DNA of 64,000 nt from an uncultured virus (IMG/VR IMGVR_UViG_3300032050_009172) (IMGVR_UViG_3300032050_009172), one strand, 5' to 3'. Counted from the stretch's first letter, positions 29,611-39,676 are shown. Notes: generated by a model not told the origin, from the sequence alone. Translations and numbers: made by a program.

Positions 29611-30335
29611 TCTTGTATGTAAATGGATGCAGCCATACAGCGGCTGCCGAAGCAGTGGTGCCTGATTGCTTTGCTGTGGATGATGGTAGATATGGCATTG
29701 ACCGTAGACCTCATCCAATCAACTTGGAAGCCAGCTGGGGCAAGCAATTGAGCCGAATGCTCAACACTGAATTTTACTGTGATGCTGAGTCAGCAGCCAG
29801 CAATGACCGCATACTGCGTACCACTAACAAGTGGATTCATGAGAACTATAGCCGTTTGTATGACACTGTGATGGTAATCCAATGGACCACTTGGGAACGA
29901 GAAGAATGGGAGTATGAAGGCCGATGCTATCAAGTAAACGCCAGTGGTGTGGACATGGTACCACCAGAGCTTGAAGATAGGTATCGTCAGTACATTTTGG
30001 ATGTCAACTGGACTCAAAAAACAGATGAATGGCATAACAAAATATGGCACCTGCATTGTCGGTTGAAAGATCTAAATGTACGACATTTATTCTACAGTGG
30101 CAACAGTACATTTAGTGATTTATTTAATCTAAGAGATTGGCAAGGGCATTACATTGAGCCATATTCAAGAGACCACAGTTGGAATGCCATACTAAAAAAC
30201 AACGGATTTGAGCATGTGAATCCCAAAAGTTATCACTTTGGAGCCGATGGTCATAGATTTTGGTCGGAATATGTGTTACAATACTTGAAGGAACACAAAC
30301 TTCTGGACCGCCCTAATGAAATATCTACTGATTGA
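29607..30335 (+). CDS. SGNH-like hypothetical protein
   Basis: NGCSHT, ASNDRI.R, IQWT, YHFG..GH. Confidence 0.6.
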   Translation: MILYVNGCSHTAAAEAVVPDCFAVDDGRYGIDRRPHPINLEASWGKQLSRMLNTEFYCDAESAASNDRILRTTNKWIHENYSRLYDTVMVIQWTTWEREEWEYEGRCYQVNASGVDMVPPELEDRYRQYILDVNWTQKTDEWHNKIWHLHCRLKDLNVRHLFYSGNSTFSDLFNLRDWQGHYIEPYSRDHSWNAILKNNGFEHVNPKSYHFGADGHRFWSEYVLQYLKEHKLLDRPNEISTD

Positions 30336-31350
30336 TACTGCTAACATGTTTTTCCGTGCCCGCCATTCAGCACACAGGGCCAGCGACACATGGACTAAAT
30401 TAGGCTTTGCACTGCACTTGACCATGATGAGTGCAAATAAAGTAGCTAGGCGTTTTGGTGTAGACCATGTGGTTTTTGCACTAGAAGGGCGTAGCTGGCG
30501 TAAAGATCACTACAAGCCCTACAAAGCTAATCGTGCTGTGGCCCGTGGTGCCATGAGTGAAACTGAAGCAGAAGAGGACAAGTTGTTTTGGGAAACCTAT
30601 GATGAGCTGACTAAATACTTGTCTGAGAAAACAAATTGTAGCGTGATTCGTTGCGCAACAGCAGAAGCGGACGATATCATAGGCCGCTGGATTGCACTAC
30701 ACCCCCAAGATGAACATATTATTGTCAGCAGTGATTCAGACTTCGTTCAGTTGGTTGCACCAAATGTGCAATTGTACAATGGCATAAACGACCACCTGTT
30801 CAGTATTGATGGCGTAACTGATGCCAAAGGCAACAAATTGAGTTTCACAATCGAAAGCAATTCAAAGATCAAAGTAGGCAAAGCCGACCGGAGCTTTGTG
30901 GCCCCAACTGACTATCAGAAATGGGTGCTGTTCTTGAAATGTGTGCGCGGTGATCCCGGCGACAATGTGTTCTCAGCATACCCTGGTGCACCAGTAAAAG
31001 GCACAAAGAATCGTGTAGGCATTACAGAAGCATTTGAAGATCGCAACAAAAAAGGCTACAATTGGAACAATCTCATGTTGCAACGTTGGACCGACCACGA
31101 AGAAAAAGAACACAAGGTGCTCGAAGACTACGAACGCAATGTCACACTAATTGACCTTACTGCACAACCACAAGAAGTAAAAGATACTGTGGATGCTGTG
31201 ATTGGTGAACAAGTCAGTAACAAAGACATAGGGATGGTGGGCGCACACTTTCTCAAGTTCTGTGGCAAGTATGAGCTTACCAAGCTGAGTGACCAAGCCG
31301 AACCAATTGGTCGCTGGCTGAATCAAACATATCAAGGAGTGTTAAAATGA
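30316..31350 (+). CDS. rnh: T4-type RNase H / 5'-3' exonuclease
   Basis: LID, SWRK..Y..YK.NR, EADD, SSDSDF.QL, GD.GDNV. Confidence 0.9.
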   Translation: MKYLLIDTANMFFRARHSAHRASDTWTKLGFALHLTMMSANKVARRFGVDHVVFALEGRSWRKDHYKPYKANRAVARGAMSETEAEEDKLFWETYDELTKYLSEKTNCSVIRCATAEADDIIGRWIALHPQDEHIIVSSDSDFVQLVAPNVQLYNGINDHLFSIDGVTDAKGNKLSFTIESNSKIKVGKADRSFVAPTDYQKWVLFLKCVRGDPGDNVFSAYPGAPVKGTKNRVGITEAFEDRNKKGYNWNNLMLQRWTDHEEKEHKVLEDYERNVTLIDLTAQPQEVKDTVDAVIGEQVSNKDIGMVGAHFLKFCGKYELTKLSDQAEPIGRWLNQTYQGVLK

Positions 31351-31790
31351 TAGTAGCAAAACCGGTAATTGACAATCAATACTGGATACTCAAACAAGAC
31401 GATGAAAAAATTGGCAACGTTCAAGCTGTAGATGGTGGGTTTGCTCTTACCATCCGCAACAAGGTTGCTAAATTTAAAACCATTCGAATGTTGCGCCGAC
31501 AGGCCAACATTGAATTTGCTGAACCAGAACATGTCACGCCTATTCCAAAAGATTGTGTGCATGGTTATCCTACAGGTTGCCGAACACACAATGGCATGTG
31601 GAATGTGCAGTTAAAATTGCCGTTGTTTACCAAAACAACCAAAAGCAAATCATGGTTTGCTGCCGGATGGTATTCGATCAAACAACATCGCAGTTGGAAA
31701 GTGCTACAGAATCCCAAACTAATTGTGCTAGAACGTTATACCTATCAAGGACCATTTTACACCGAGGAGCAAGCAAATGCATCCTTATGA
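31347..31790 (+). CDS. hypothetical protein
   Basis: ATGA-coupled 147-aa ORF. Confidence 0.75.
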   Translation: MIVAKPVIDNQYWILKQDDEKIGNVQAVDGGFALTIRNKVAKFKTIRMLRRQANIEFAEPEHVTPIPKDCVHGYPTGCRTHNGMWNVQLKLPLFTKTTKSKSWFAAGWYSIKQHRSWKVLQNPKLIVLERYTYQGPFYTEEQANASL

Positions 31791-32403
31791 CTTTAAAGAA
31801 GATGTAAAAACTGTTACTGGTAATGAGACTGAATATTATAATTTTATAGATGAAAACTATTTGAAGGTATGTGCTAATGCTCGAGTACTTGAAGTAGGGC
31901 CGCATGTTGGAAAACACACTAAATTAATTGCAAAACATGCACCATGTTACTTAGAATGCATTGAAGGGAATATAGTTCACCAATCTACATTAGAAGATAT
32001 TCCTGGAGTAGACAAAGTTGTGGTTGATGATGTTTGGCTTATGAGAGATGCTAAACCATTTGATGTTGTAATTTGTTTTGGTGTGTTGTATCATCATCAT
32101 AGTTCATTGCATCTGTTGGAACTATTTGTAAATTATAATACACCAAAATACATAATGCTTGATTGTGTAACTGCCGAGCATCCGTTAGCTTATCTACCAG
32201 AAGATATTAATATCAGCGGGTCGAGACAACTTCGAAAATCTTGGAAGCATTGTGGGGTCAATTTTAAAACTCCCTTCTTTATTATTAATCAATCACTGTC
32301 AAATATGGGATATGATTTAAAAATATCACATAAATTACAAACCAGTTATTTTCCAAAATCTAATGGCTGGGTAGCACTTTGGGAACTTCGGGAGAACTTA
32401 TGA
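31777..32403 (+). CDS. class I SAM-dependent methyltransferase
   Basis: VLEVGP..G, FDVVICFGVLYH. Confidence 0.75.
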   Translation: MHPYDFKEDVKTVTGNETEYYNFIDENYLKVCANARVLEVGPHVGKHTKLIAKHAPCYLECIEGNIVHQSTLEDIPGVDKVVVDDVWLMRDAKPFDVVICFGVLYHHHSSLHLLELFVNYNTPKYIMLDCVTAEHPLAYLPEDINISGSRQLRKSWKHCGVNFKTPFFIINQSLSNMGYDLKISHKLQTSYFPKSNGWVALWELRENL

Positions 32404-32768
32404 CCAATCCGTTTAGAGATCAAGAAAAATTTATGAAGGCTTGCGACCAAAGTGTCAACGAGTTTAACAAAGATCAATTTAACTTGTATGTTACATTGAT
32501 TGAAGAAGAAGCCAACGAATTGGCTGATGCAATCACAGCACACGACCAAGTCGAAACTGTTGATGCACTTATTGACATTTTGGTTGTTACTATTGGTGCA
32601 TTACACAGTATGGGCGCAGATGCCGAAGGTGCTTGGAAAGAAGTCATGAAAACTAACTTTGCCAAGATTGATCGAGACACCGGCAAGGTTCGCAAGCGCG
32701 AAGATGGTAAGGTACTCAAACCTGTAGGCTGGACGCCACCTGATCTCAACCCATATCTTAAAAAATGA
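32400..32768 (+). CDS. MazG-like all-alpha NTP pyrophosphohydrolase
   Basis: LIEEE..EL, DALID.L.V..G, N..K, REDGKVLKP.GW..P. Confidence 0.85.
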   Translation: MTNPFRDQEKFMKACDQSVNEFNKDQFNLYVTLIEEEANELADAITAHDQVETVDALIDILVVTIGALHSMGADAEGAWKEVMKTNFAKIDRDTGKVRKREDGKVLKPVGWTPPDLNPYLKK

Positions 32769-32980
32769 GTTTACACATACACCGATTTGTTGATTCTATC
32801 AAGGCGCATGAGTCACGCAACCAACGTGATTTTATCATGACACTTCGTGACGCTAAGGATCTGCATGCAGACATTACCAAGCTATTGGTAACTTTGGAAG
32901 AACTACGGTCAAACACTGCTACAAATTCCAATGAAGTGATTACGGTAGAACTCGCAGGCGGAAGCTTCAAAAACACCTAG
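32765..32980 (+). CDS. hypothetical protein
   Basis: ATGA-coupled, 71 aa. Confidence 0.7.
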   Translation: MSLHIHRFVDSIKAHESRNQRDFIMTLRDAKDLHADITKLLVTLEELRSNTATNSNEVITVELAGGSFKNT

Positions 32981-33010
32981 TTTATTAGATAAATAAACTT
33001 GGGAGAAAAT

Positions 33011-33307
33011 ATGAGTAGACCCAAACCGCTAGTTCTAATTGAGCACACTGAGAAACAAACCTATAAGACCGAACAAGTATTGGCCTCTGAAGGTGTGTGG
33101 GCGGTCTTTTACGATCAAAAGCCAATCAATCTCAAGACTGGTAACATGCTTACGCAATACCCCGGACCCAAGTACAAAAAAGTCAGTTTCTCAAATCCAG
33201 GGCATGCTAAAAATTTGGCAAAAAAATTAAATGCACAGTTCAAGACTGACAAATTCACAGTCATGCTGTTAACACAAGGGGAACAAGTGTACCCCAATGT
33301 TAACTAA
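33011..33307 (+). CDS. hypothetical protein
   Basis: ATG 33011 after GGAG and a TAAATA element. Confidence 0.75.
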   Translation: MSRPKPLVLIEHTEKQTYKTEQVLASEGVWAVFYDQKPINLKTGNMLTQYPGPKYKKVSFSNPGHAKNLAKKLNAQFKTDKFTVMLLTQGEQVYPNVN

Positions 33308-33662
33308 ACAACAGATTACCGAACGCATACTGACAGGTCTTCCGTCGGAAGACCAACTGACCTACGACGAAGCCTGCAAGTCATGGTGGATGAACTTTAG
33401 AGATGGCGGCGGATTCAGACTGACCAATGCTGGATATACAGCAATTGGTACTTGTGACTTAGAAACATACGCATTTGATGCTCCTTCTGACTTGGTTGCT
33501 AAACCCAAACATTTACTGACCTTGGATAAAAAGTTAGATTGCCCTTACTACATTAAAATTGGCAAGCATCCGCAAATTGTTTTGTTTGGCAGTCAGCAGG
33601 CAGTGATGTTGGCCATGTACGGCGATCTAGAAAAGTGGTTGAAGTTTTTAAATCGCACTTAG
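33297..33662 (+). CDS. hypothetical protein
   Basis: 121-aa ORF overlapping the previous stop. Confidence 0.7.
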   Translation: MLTKQQITERILTGLPSEDQLTYDEACKSWWMNFRDGGGFRLTNAGYTAIGTCDLETYAFDAPSDLVAKPKHLLTLDKKLDCPYYIKIGKHPQIVLFGSQQAVMLAMYGDLEKWLKFLNRT

Positions 33663-34607
33663 TTTTTTAGCCAACTGTTCAACGTCTTGAATGTACCGTT
33701 GTTGTGTGCCAGTTATAAATTCATCAAGCAAAAAACTTCTTTGTTTTTGCAGTCGCTCTTGGTATGGCGCAAGGTTAATTTTTCCCAGTATGAGATCTTG
33801 ATTTTTCATTATGGCTTGTTCGACTCGAACGTCATTGGACATGCTATCATAGCTGGTGTCCACCAGGTCGTCAAACATGTCAAACCCAAGCTCTCTACAG
33901 TCTTGCACAATACCTTGGTGACCAATCACAATGGGTACCTGCTGTGCAATCATCGCCATCAATGTTTTTTCGCTCACAATGCCTGGCGGCTCATCATACT
34001 GTGTTTCAGTCACAATGTTCACTTGACATTTTGCATATACCGGCAACAGTCGCATGAAGTTATCTTCGTTTTCTGTGCCGCGATAGGTGTCATAAGCCCA
34101 AGCATCAAGTGGAATGTCGTTGCCGTAACTTAACACACCATTAGGCCAATGTTGCAAGATGTCCACAGCACGTCGACGATGCAAGCACATGCGACCATTG
34201 AGGCATTGCCATGCTGAAGTTTTTGCATTTATTGAATTGGTCCATTGTGACTCACGAGCTTGGATAGCAGTCACAGTGGCCATGTTGTGATTGCTGAATT
34301 CGATAAGGTTCACTGGTCCTTGATAGTATTTTTGTAAATTATGACTCCAATAAGTTACCAGCACACGATGTGCATTGGCGCCATAGTGGCGTTCTACTTG
34401 TTCCAGTTCAAGTATGCGACCCTGACATGGTGTTATGAAATCTTGAAAATGCAACAACAGCAGTGTGTTGTGTTTGAATTCAATGTTGGGCAACTTTAAC
34501 GGCCAACCAGTTTCTGGACGATATGGCGGATCAAAGCAGTTGTAAACTGCATGCAGATCAAACCCCAAGCCAGAGAGTGTGTTGGCAAACAAAGATGTAT
34601 AGTCCAT
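33648..34607 (-). CDS. hypothetical protein with GT10-like C-terminal motif
   Basis: VNIVTET...VSEKT...VPIVIG...GFDMFDDLVDTSYD. Confidence 0.65.
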   Translation of the reverse strand: MDYTSLFANTLSGLGFDLHAVYNCFDPPYRPETGWPLKLPNIEFKHNTLLLLHFQDFITPCQGRILELEQVERHYGANAHRVLVTYWSHNLQKYYQGPVNLIEFSNHNMATVTAIQARESQWTNSINAKTSAWQCLNGRMCLHRRRAVDILQHWPNGVLSYGNDIPLDAWAYDTYRGTENEDNFMRLLPVYAKCQVNIVTETQYDEPPGIVSEKTLMAMIAQQVPIVIGHQGIVQDCRELGFDMFDDLVDTSYDSMSNDVRVEQAIMKNQDLILGKINLAPYQERLQKQRSFLLDEFITGTQQRYIQDVEQLAKKLSAI

Positions 34608-34629
34608 GACCTATTTACTAAGTAGATCT

Positions 34630-35322
34630 ATGTATTGGAATAATCCTCTTGTGGAATTTCACTGGCCCAGCAAACAAGATCCCATTCAGATCAGTTCAAA
34701 TCAAGGCATGCATTGCTTGTTCTGGAATCCCAGTTGCGAATTTCGACACTTTTCAACCAACCAACGACTGAATGATCTTTGCGAATGGGCCAATCAGTGG
34801 CTAGATCATGATGGGCCAGCAGGGTTTCTAGCTGAGCCGCGCAATCACTATGACATTGCCAATCTTGTCAAGCTCAACATGTGGATACGAGACATACGAG
34901 CACAGGGCATTATAAAACCATTTTTGGTGTTAGATCAGGGTGATGGCACATATCTTGCTGGCAATGGAGATTCACGATTGCGATGTCTAGAACGATTGCC
35001 CGAAATACAAACTGTGCCAGGATTTATTACCACACATCACAGTCGAGCACACTTGTATTCAGACTTTGAACCAATCACAACTTTTGATAGATTTGCCAAA
35101 CTGTGCGGAGCAGATCCCGGACAGTTGTTTACTTTTAGATTTACAGATTCTCAGGCACCATACGGGTTGTACTGGTATGAATTCAACAGTTCTCGCACTA
35201 GGTCAGTGACTCCTAGCGAATCACAATGCTTGGATTGGGTTGAAAAATATTTCAAGCAACATCCGCATGTGCGGATAAGTCCTGAGTGGTTTGATCAAGA
35301 TATTGATTGGCATAATATCTAA
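34630..35322 (+). CDS. hypothetical protein (ParB/Srx-like G..R motif)
   Basis: GIIKPFLV...GNGDSR; start moved to ATG 34630, 5 nt after TAAGTA. Confidence 0.6.
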   Translation: MYWNNPLVEFHWPSKQDPIQISSNQGMHCLFWNPSCEFRHFSTNQRLNDLCEWANQWLDHDGPAGFLAEPRNHYDIANLVKLNMWIRDIRAQGIIKPFLVLDQGDGTYLAGNGDSRLRCLERLPEIQTVPGFITTHHSRAHLYSDFEPITTFDRFAKLCGADPGQLFTFRFTDSQAPYGLYWYEFNSSRTRSVTPSESQCLDWVEKYFKQHPHVRISPEWFDQDIDWHNI

Positions 35323-36793
35323 ATCCAGTTTTGACAATTTGCTTCCACTGTGGTGCCCGAGCCTGATCTGGCACAGTGAATTTCATCCAAGGCAATGAAT
35401 CATTGCAATGTCCAGTGAATCCTTTTTTGGGAAGTATCATTTCTTCAGGCCAGGAGGCCAAAAACTGTCGACGAATCAAAGGTTTGCCGCGCCTCAGGTG
35501 CATGGGAAGGCCAAGTGCAAACCGAATGATCTTAGGATGCACAAATGGCGAGCGTGGTTCAATGCCATGTGCCATGGTACAAACGTCAATGCCACGCATG
35601 TCTATTGCACAAATTTGAGTGATATAATCCATCAACAGAGTGGCTGGCTCTGCTTGACCTTGATGTGCATGCAAACATTGTTGCCACAGTTGTTGAGCGT
35701 GAGTGTCATTGCCAAATGAACTGTAAGGACTTGCACTTGTTTGTGTGGTGTATTCAAGCTGTGAGTAAACGCCATAGCCACCAAACAGTTCATCAGCGCC
35801 TACACCAGTAAACAACACACGTTCTTTGCAGTGTTGAGCAATTATCCACTGGCCAACAAAACTGTAGCTTTGAACTGGCATCAGTGTGCGACGACACACT
35901 TGCTCAAATGCATCGGCCCATTGCTGTTCTGTAACACCAATGTTGATGATTTTGTCTCGTTGACTGCCTTCCAACATACGTTGAGATTGTTCACTCACTG
36001 GGTCTTTGCCCAGCATGTTGGTGGTATAATAGTGCTGACTTTGTGGAAGACTTTTTGCAACCACGCCAGAATCAAGCCCACCACTGAATGTGCAGGCATA
36101 AGATGTTTCTGGCCGCATGTCAGTGATTACCCGTTCCCACAAGGGTTGATATTCTTCCCAGGCCTGGTCCAATGTTTGAATACTACTGGGTTTGGCCCAT
36201 GAAAAGATACTGTCAATCACTGTGGTGTTGCCCGACTGATCATACATCACACCTGGCACACATCGTTCAATTCCTTGCCAAGGCGTGTTTTGCCAAATTG
36301 GATAGTGTTTGGTTGTGTAATCAATGTCTTGTAATTTTGGTCGGATGTATACCAAAATAGCTGCCACCTCAGAACTCACAATCAGTATGTTGTTGTCTTG
36401 ATATCTGTACAGGCATCTTTCGCCTTGTGGATCAGTGGCATATATCACTTGGTCGCCTTGAGCATACACCCACGCCCACGGTCCTTCAAAGTATTTGAGT
36501 TTTTTTACTGGTGCGTCTTTTACAGCACGATACATCAGCTCAGTGTCGTTGCTGTAGGAACCAAACCAGCGATAGTTGTAGATTTCGCCATTGAATGCAA
36601 AAAAATCATCTGACTGTCGATTGTAAAATTGTGTGTTGCCAGTGATGTGCAGAACTGTTTGCGCACAGAACACACGACCATGATGTTGGTAACAGGTAAA
36701 ATCTGGACCGCGATCTTTTAAAATTTCTAGAGCTTGGTTGTGCTTTTCTAGCGGTATATCAGTGGTGCTTTTTACGTATAGAACACCACACAT
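35252..36793 (-). CDS. asparagine synthetase B-like amidotransferase
   Basis: MCG N-terminus, RGPD, FNGEIYNY, SGGLDS, G.GADELFGGY, E.RSPF. Confidence 0.9.
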   Translation of the reverse strand: MCGVLYVKSTTDIPLEKHNQALEILKDRGPDFTCYQHHGRVFCAQTVLHITGNTQFYNRQSDDFFAFNGEIYNYRWFGSYSNDTELMYRAVKDAPVKKLKYFEGPWAWVYAQGDQVIYATDPQGERCLYRYQDNNILIVSSEVAAILVYIRPKLQDIDYTTKHYPIWQNTPWQGIERCVPGVMYDQSGNTTVIDSIFSWAKPSSIQTLDQAWEEYQPLWERVITDMRPETSYACTFSGGLDSGVVAKSLPQSQHYYTTNMLGKDPVSEQSQRMLEGSQRDKIINIGVTEQQWADAFEQVCRRTLMPVQSYSFVGQWIIAQHCKERVLFTGVGADELFGGYGVYSQLEYTTQTSASPYSSFGNDTHAQQLWQQCLHAHQGQAEPATLLMDYITQICAIDMRGIDVCTMAHGIEPRSPFVHPKIIRFALGLPMHLRRGKPLIRRQFLASWPEEMILPKKGFTGHCNDSLPWMKFTVPDQARAPQWKQIVKTGFRYYANQYLDQTTQDLSAHADVA

Positions 36794-36794
36794 G

Positions 36795-37868
36795 TTATTT
36801 GATATGGTCTATAACAGCCGGCAACCAAGCGGCAAACTCTGCAGGCCAACGAGCACTCATGTCTTTGAGCACCTTTTGATTTTGTCTGCTGGCAGTAAGG
36901 CAACGATGTCGCAGTTCTGTGCGATCCATAGCACTGAGTTTGGTAAATGTATCTGCGCCAGCAAAGATGTATTCAACCAGTTTGTCACCATAGGCAGCAG
37001 TTTTGTTTTCCATCATGACATCGTAACTGTGATTGACAATGTCTTTGAGTGTGTCAAATCCTAGACTTTCCAGATAGGCCACTGCATGGCGGCCAGCATA
37101 CACTTGCCAGGGTGCCGGAGTGACCAATGCACGGAATATCTTCTCGCTGAGAGCAATTGAACTGTCACTGGAGTAGGTTTCAATTACCATGTTCACATAA
37201 GCACTGAGGTGTGCCTGCTCAACTGACATGTCATGATTTTTAAATGGCATGGTTTGAGCAATGCGTTCAAAAGTGTCACCATACACTGCTTTGTATTGTG
37301 GCTCTAGTTTTTCGTAGGCATCTCTGAAATTTTGATTGCATCCTTCAGCTGTGGAATTGTCACCTTCCCAACTCCAGCAGTTGAAATTGATAAAGTCCAA
37401 CGTTTCAGCATCTGGATACTTTTCACAACGCAACGCAATTTCCAGCATGGTCAACATGCGTTTGGAATCAATGCGATTGACTGAAAAATTAAATCTGCGT
37501 GTGGGATTGAAATTGGTCAGCTTGGGTTCATAATGATAGATGCCAAAGAAACTGGATGGCAGTTGAAACACCTTGTACAAGGTTGGACTGGTAACATAGT
37601 TGTCTGTGATCACTGTGGTATTGCGATCAAATCGATATGCCACTGGTGTGTCATAGTCGTATGTGGTAGAGATGTAGTCGTCTACCAGACACAGCACCAC
37701 AGTACGGTCTCCACGGCGCCATGTTTTGTGTCCATCTTGCACAGGCTCATATCCCAGTTTGATCAACAAACTGTGAAAGAAATTCATGGTATTATTTTCG
37801 TGCCATATGCATTGGCTGGTGTCAAAAATTTCGCTAGTGTAAATGTCGTGGTAAAGATCAGTGTCCAT
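36795..37868 (-). CDS. hypothetical protein with GT10-like C-terminal motif
   Basis: VNMVIET...LSEKIFRAL...LGFD...DIVNHSYD; start moved to ATG 37868. Confidence 0.65.
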   Translation of the reverse strand: MDTDLYHDIYTSEIFDTSQCIWHENNTMNFFHSLLIKLGYEPVQDGHKTWRRGDRTVVLCLVDDYISTTYDYDTPVAYRFDRNTTVITDNYVTSPTLYKVFQLPSSFFGIYHYEPKLTNFNPTRRFNFSVNRIDSKRMLTMLEIALRCEKYPDAETLDFINFNCWSWEGDNSTAEGCNQNFRDAYEKLEPQYKAVYGDTFERIAQTMPFKNHDMSVEQAHLSAYVNMVIETYSSDSSIALSEKIFRALVTPAPWQVYAGRHAVAYLESLGFDTLKDIVNHSYDVMMENKTAAYGDKLVEYIFAGADTFTKLSAMDRTELRHRCLTASRQNQKVLKDMSARWPAEFAAWLPAVIDHIK

Positions 37869-37921
37869 GCTGTTACTTATAGCCCACACTTTGGTTGACC
37901 AAATATTCAATTTTTGCTGAA

Positions 37922-37960
37922 AAAAGTACTACTTTTAGGGCTAAAAAAAGTAGTACTTTT
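37922..37960. repeat. perfect 15-bp inverted repeat upstream of the early promoter
   Basis: AAAAGTACTACTTTT ... AAAAGTAGTACTTTT. Confidence 0.7.
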
Positions 37961-37987
37961 GTTGTATTTTTGCAACAGGCATTTCGG

Positions 37988-38016
37988 TTGACCAAAAATG
38001 CCCAAAATGCTATAAT
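37988..38016 (+). promoter_or_regulatory. strong early sigma70 promoter (repeat copy 1)
   Basis: TTGACC-17-TATAAT with TGn extension, followed by ACACACAT. Confidence 0.85.
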
Positions 38017-38022
38017 ACACAC

Positions 38023-38352
38023 ATGATGAGAAAGAAACGTACTGATCGCAGCCACATAGTGTACATGATCCAAATTGGATTTGAGTACTACATTGGTATT
38101 ACCGCAAAAACCCAGCGCACAATCAACATGTCGCTCCGTAGCCGTGTGAACAAGCACATCTACCGTAGCCGCACAGAAGACAAAGGCTGGAACTTGTACG
38201 AAGCAATTCGCGCAAACGGTACTGAAGCAATGAACGTGGCTATCGTGGACATTGTGCGTGGCAAAGATGCCGCACATAAGTTGGAGCGCGAGTTAATACA
38301 AAAGTATGCACCTGCGCTGAACACGGACGTTCGCGTGAAGCAAAACGGTTGA
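38023..38352 (+). CDS. small GIY-YIG-like endonuclease domain protein
   Basis: IVY.I....YYIGIT, R...H, LERELI....PALN. Confidence 0.65.
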   Translation: MMRKKRTDRSHIVYMIQIGFEYYIGITAKTQRTINMSLRSRVNKHIYRSRTEDKGWNLYEAIRANGTEAMNVAIVDIVRGKDAAHKLERELIQKYAPALNTDVRVKQNG

Positions 38353-38377
38353 CACCAAATCACCGTTTTGCTATAAT
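38349..38377 (+). promoter_or_regulatory. strong early sigma70 promoter (repeat copy 2)
   Basis: TTGACA-17-TATAAT, TGn, ACACACATAGACA. Confidence 0.85.
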
Positions 38378-38404
38378 ACACACATAGACAACAGAGGAGC
38401 CACC

Positions 38405-38605
38405 ATGCACAAGATGATTCGCGGCAAATATGACTCGCTGTGGAAATGGAAGCTCAATCCGGTAGGATTAGCTCGCAAAACACATCGTCAGCGTGGCAAA
38501 TTTGCCACAGCCATGCAGTATGCCTGCAGGGTTAAAGGTGGTGTTAAGGCAATACAATACATTCGCGATCAGCCCTGGGAAACCTGGACTGCTCTGCACG
38601 GTTGA
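38405..38605 (+). CDS. hypothetical early protein
   Basis: GAGGAG SD. Confidence 0.7.
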   Translation: MHKMIRGKYDSLWKWKLNPVGLARKTHRQRGKFATAMQYACRVKGGVKAIQYIRDQPWETWTALHG

Positions 38606-38630
38606 CCAAAAATTCCCAATTTGCTATAAT
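38602..38630 (+). promoter_or_regulatory. strong early sigma70 promoter (repeat copy 3)
   Basis: TTGACC-17-TATAAT, TGn, ACACACATAGACA. Confidence 0.85.
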
Positions 38631-38657
38631 ACACACATAGACACTAAGGAGCTTGAG

Positions 38658-38858
38658 ATGACCACTATAACTGTAGCACAAATGATTGAGGCACTCCGTG
38701 CCCTGCCCGCTGATGCTCGCTTGGTAGTGACCGAGTCTGGTTATTACTCCTACGGTGAGTTTGCGGATATCATGTTGCCGGAAGTGTATACTCCGGAAAA
38801 TGATTTGACGCCAGGCGCACCCGTGTATCGTATCGGACATTCACATCAATCTTATTAA
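38658..38858 (+). CDS. hypothetical early protein
   Basis: TAAGGAG SD, ATG 38658. Confidence 0.7.
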   Translation: MTTITVAQMIEALRALPADARLVVTESGYYSYGEFADIMLPEVYTPENDLTPGAPVYRIGHSHQSY

Positions 38859-38868
38859 GGAGCCCAAC

Positions 38869-39261
38869 ATGACCAACTGGACTGACCCTATCATACACTG
38901 GAATCAACTGCCCGGCACTGAAGTTCGCCGACTACTGGCCACATGGGGCATGGATGAAAAAGCCATTGCCAAGTATGATAAGAAACATGGCTTTGAGCAT
39001 CGTCCGCTTGCAGTGCCTGCACCTGCAAAGGCAGTGACAGCAAAGCCTGTGGTGGCCGCAGTGCCTAAAGCACCTGCAAAAAAGGCAGTGCCTGCAAAGC
39101 CAGCGGCTCGTCAAAAGCATACTGGTGCTGACGGTGAAGTGAAGTTTGTGGAGCACCGCAGTCTGTATGTGGGCTTCTGGGGTGGCCGGGTGGTAGTGAC
39201 CAAGCGCACCGAGGCCGCATGTGTGGAGTTTTTGAAAGCCCTGCAGACACAAGGAGAGTAA
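38869..39261 (+). CDS. hypothetical protein with Ala/Lys/Pro-rich linker
   Basis: TAAGGAG SD; PAK repeats. Confidence 0.75.
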   Translation: MTNWTDPIIHWNQLPGTEVRRLLATWGMDEKAIAKYDKKHGFEHRPLAVPAPAKAVTAKPVVAAVPKAPAKKAVPAKPAARQKHTGADGEVKFVEHRSLYVGFWGGRVVVTKRTEAACVEFLKALQTQGE

Positions 39262-39262
39262 C

Positions 39263-39676
39263 ATGCCCTGTAGAGATTATGCATCAGACAGTTATTCCAG
39301 CCCCACTGACAGTTGGCAGTATCGCGATCTCAAAGACCGTGCTGACATGCTGGCTCGCATTGCCTGCAAGGCCATGACTGAACTGGAAAACAACAAGATT
39401 GAAGATCTGTTGTTGCTCCGTGATGACGAGGTGCGTGAATGGTGGGCTAAACACAAAGAAGCAGACCGCAAGGCCCGCGAAAAGGAAGAACGCAAACAAG
39501 AGCGTCTGCGCCTGCGGCGTGCGGCCCTGCGTAAACTCACAGCAGAAGAAAAGGTTGCACTAGGACTCAAAAAGAGCACTGACCCAGACACTGCGGAAGA
39601 TGTCACGCAAGCCCTGTCGGCAGTGATTGACCCAACAACTTTCAAACGCAAAACAAAAAAGGAATGGCAAATATGA
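39263..39676 (+). CDS. hypothetical protein
   Basis: AAGGAG SD. Confidence 0.75.
   Translation: MPCRDYASDSYSSPTDSWQYRDLKDRADMLARIACKAMTELENNKIEDLLLLRDDEVREWWAKHKEADRKAREKEERKQERLRLRRAALRKLTAEEKVALGLKKSTDPDTAEDVTQALSAVIDPTTFKRKTKKEWQI

Noticed and set aside
35252..36793. AsnB-like gene as QueC / Gat-QueC
   Set aside because: It has SGGLDS but lacks the C-terminal QueC zinc motif (C..C..C) and has AsnB-specific GADELFGGY. A role in amidating CDG cannot be excluded but is unsupported.
37986..38645. CRISPR-like repeat array
   Set aside because: The repeats are imperfect promoters separated by 250-360 nt genes; there are no regular spacers or cas genes in the window.
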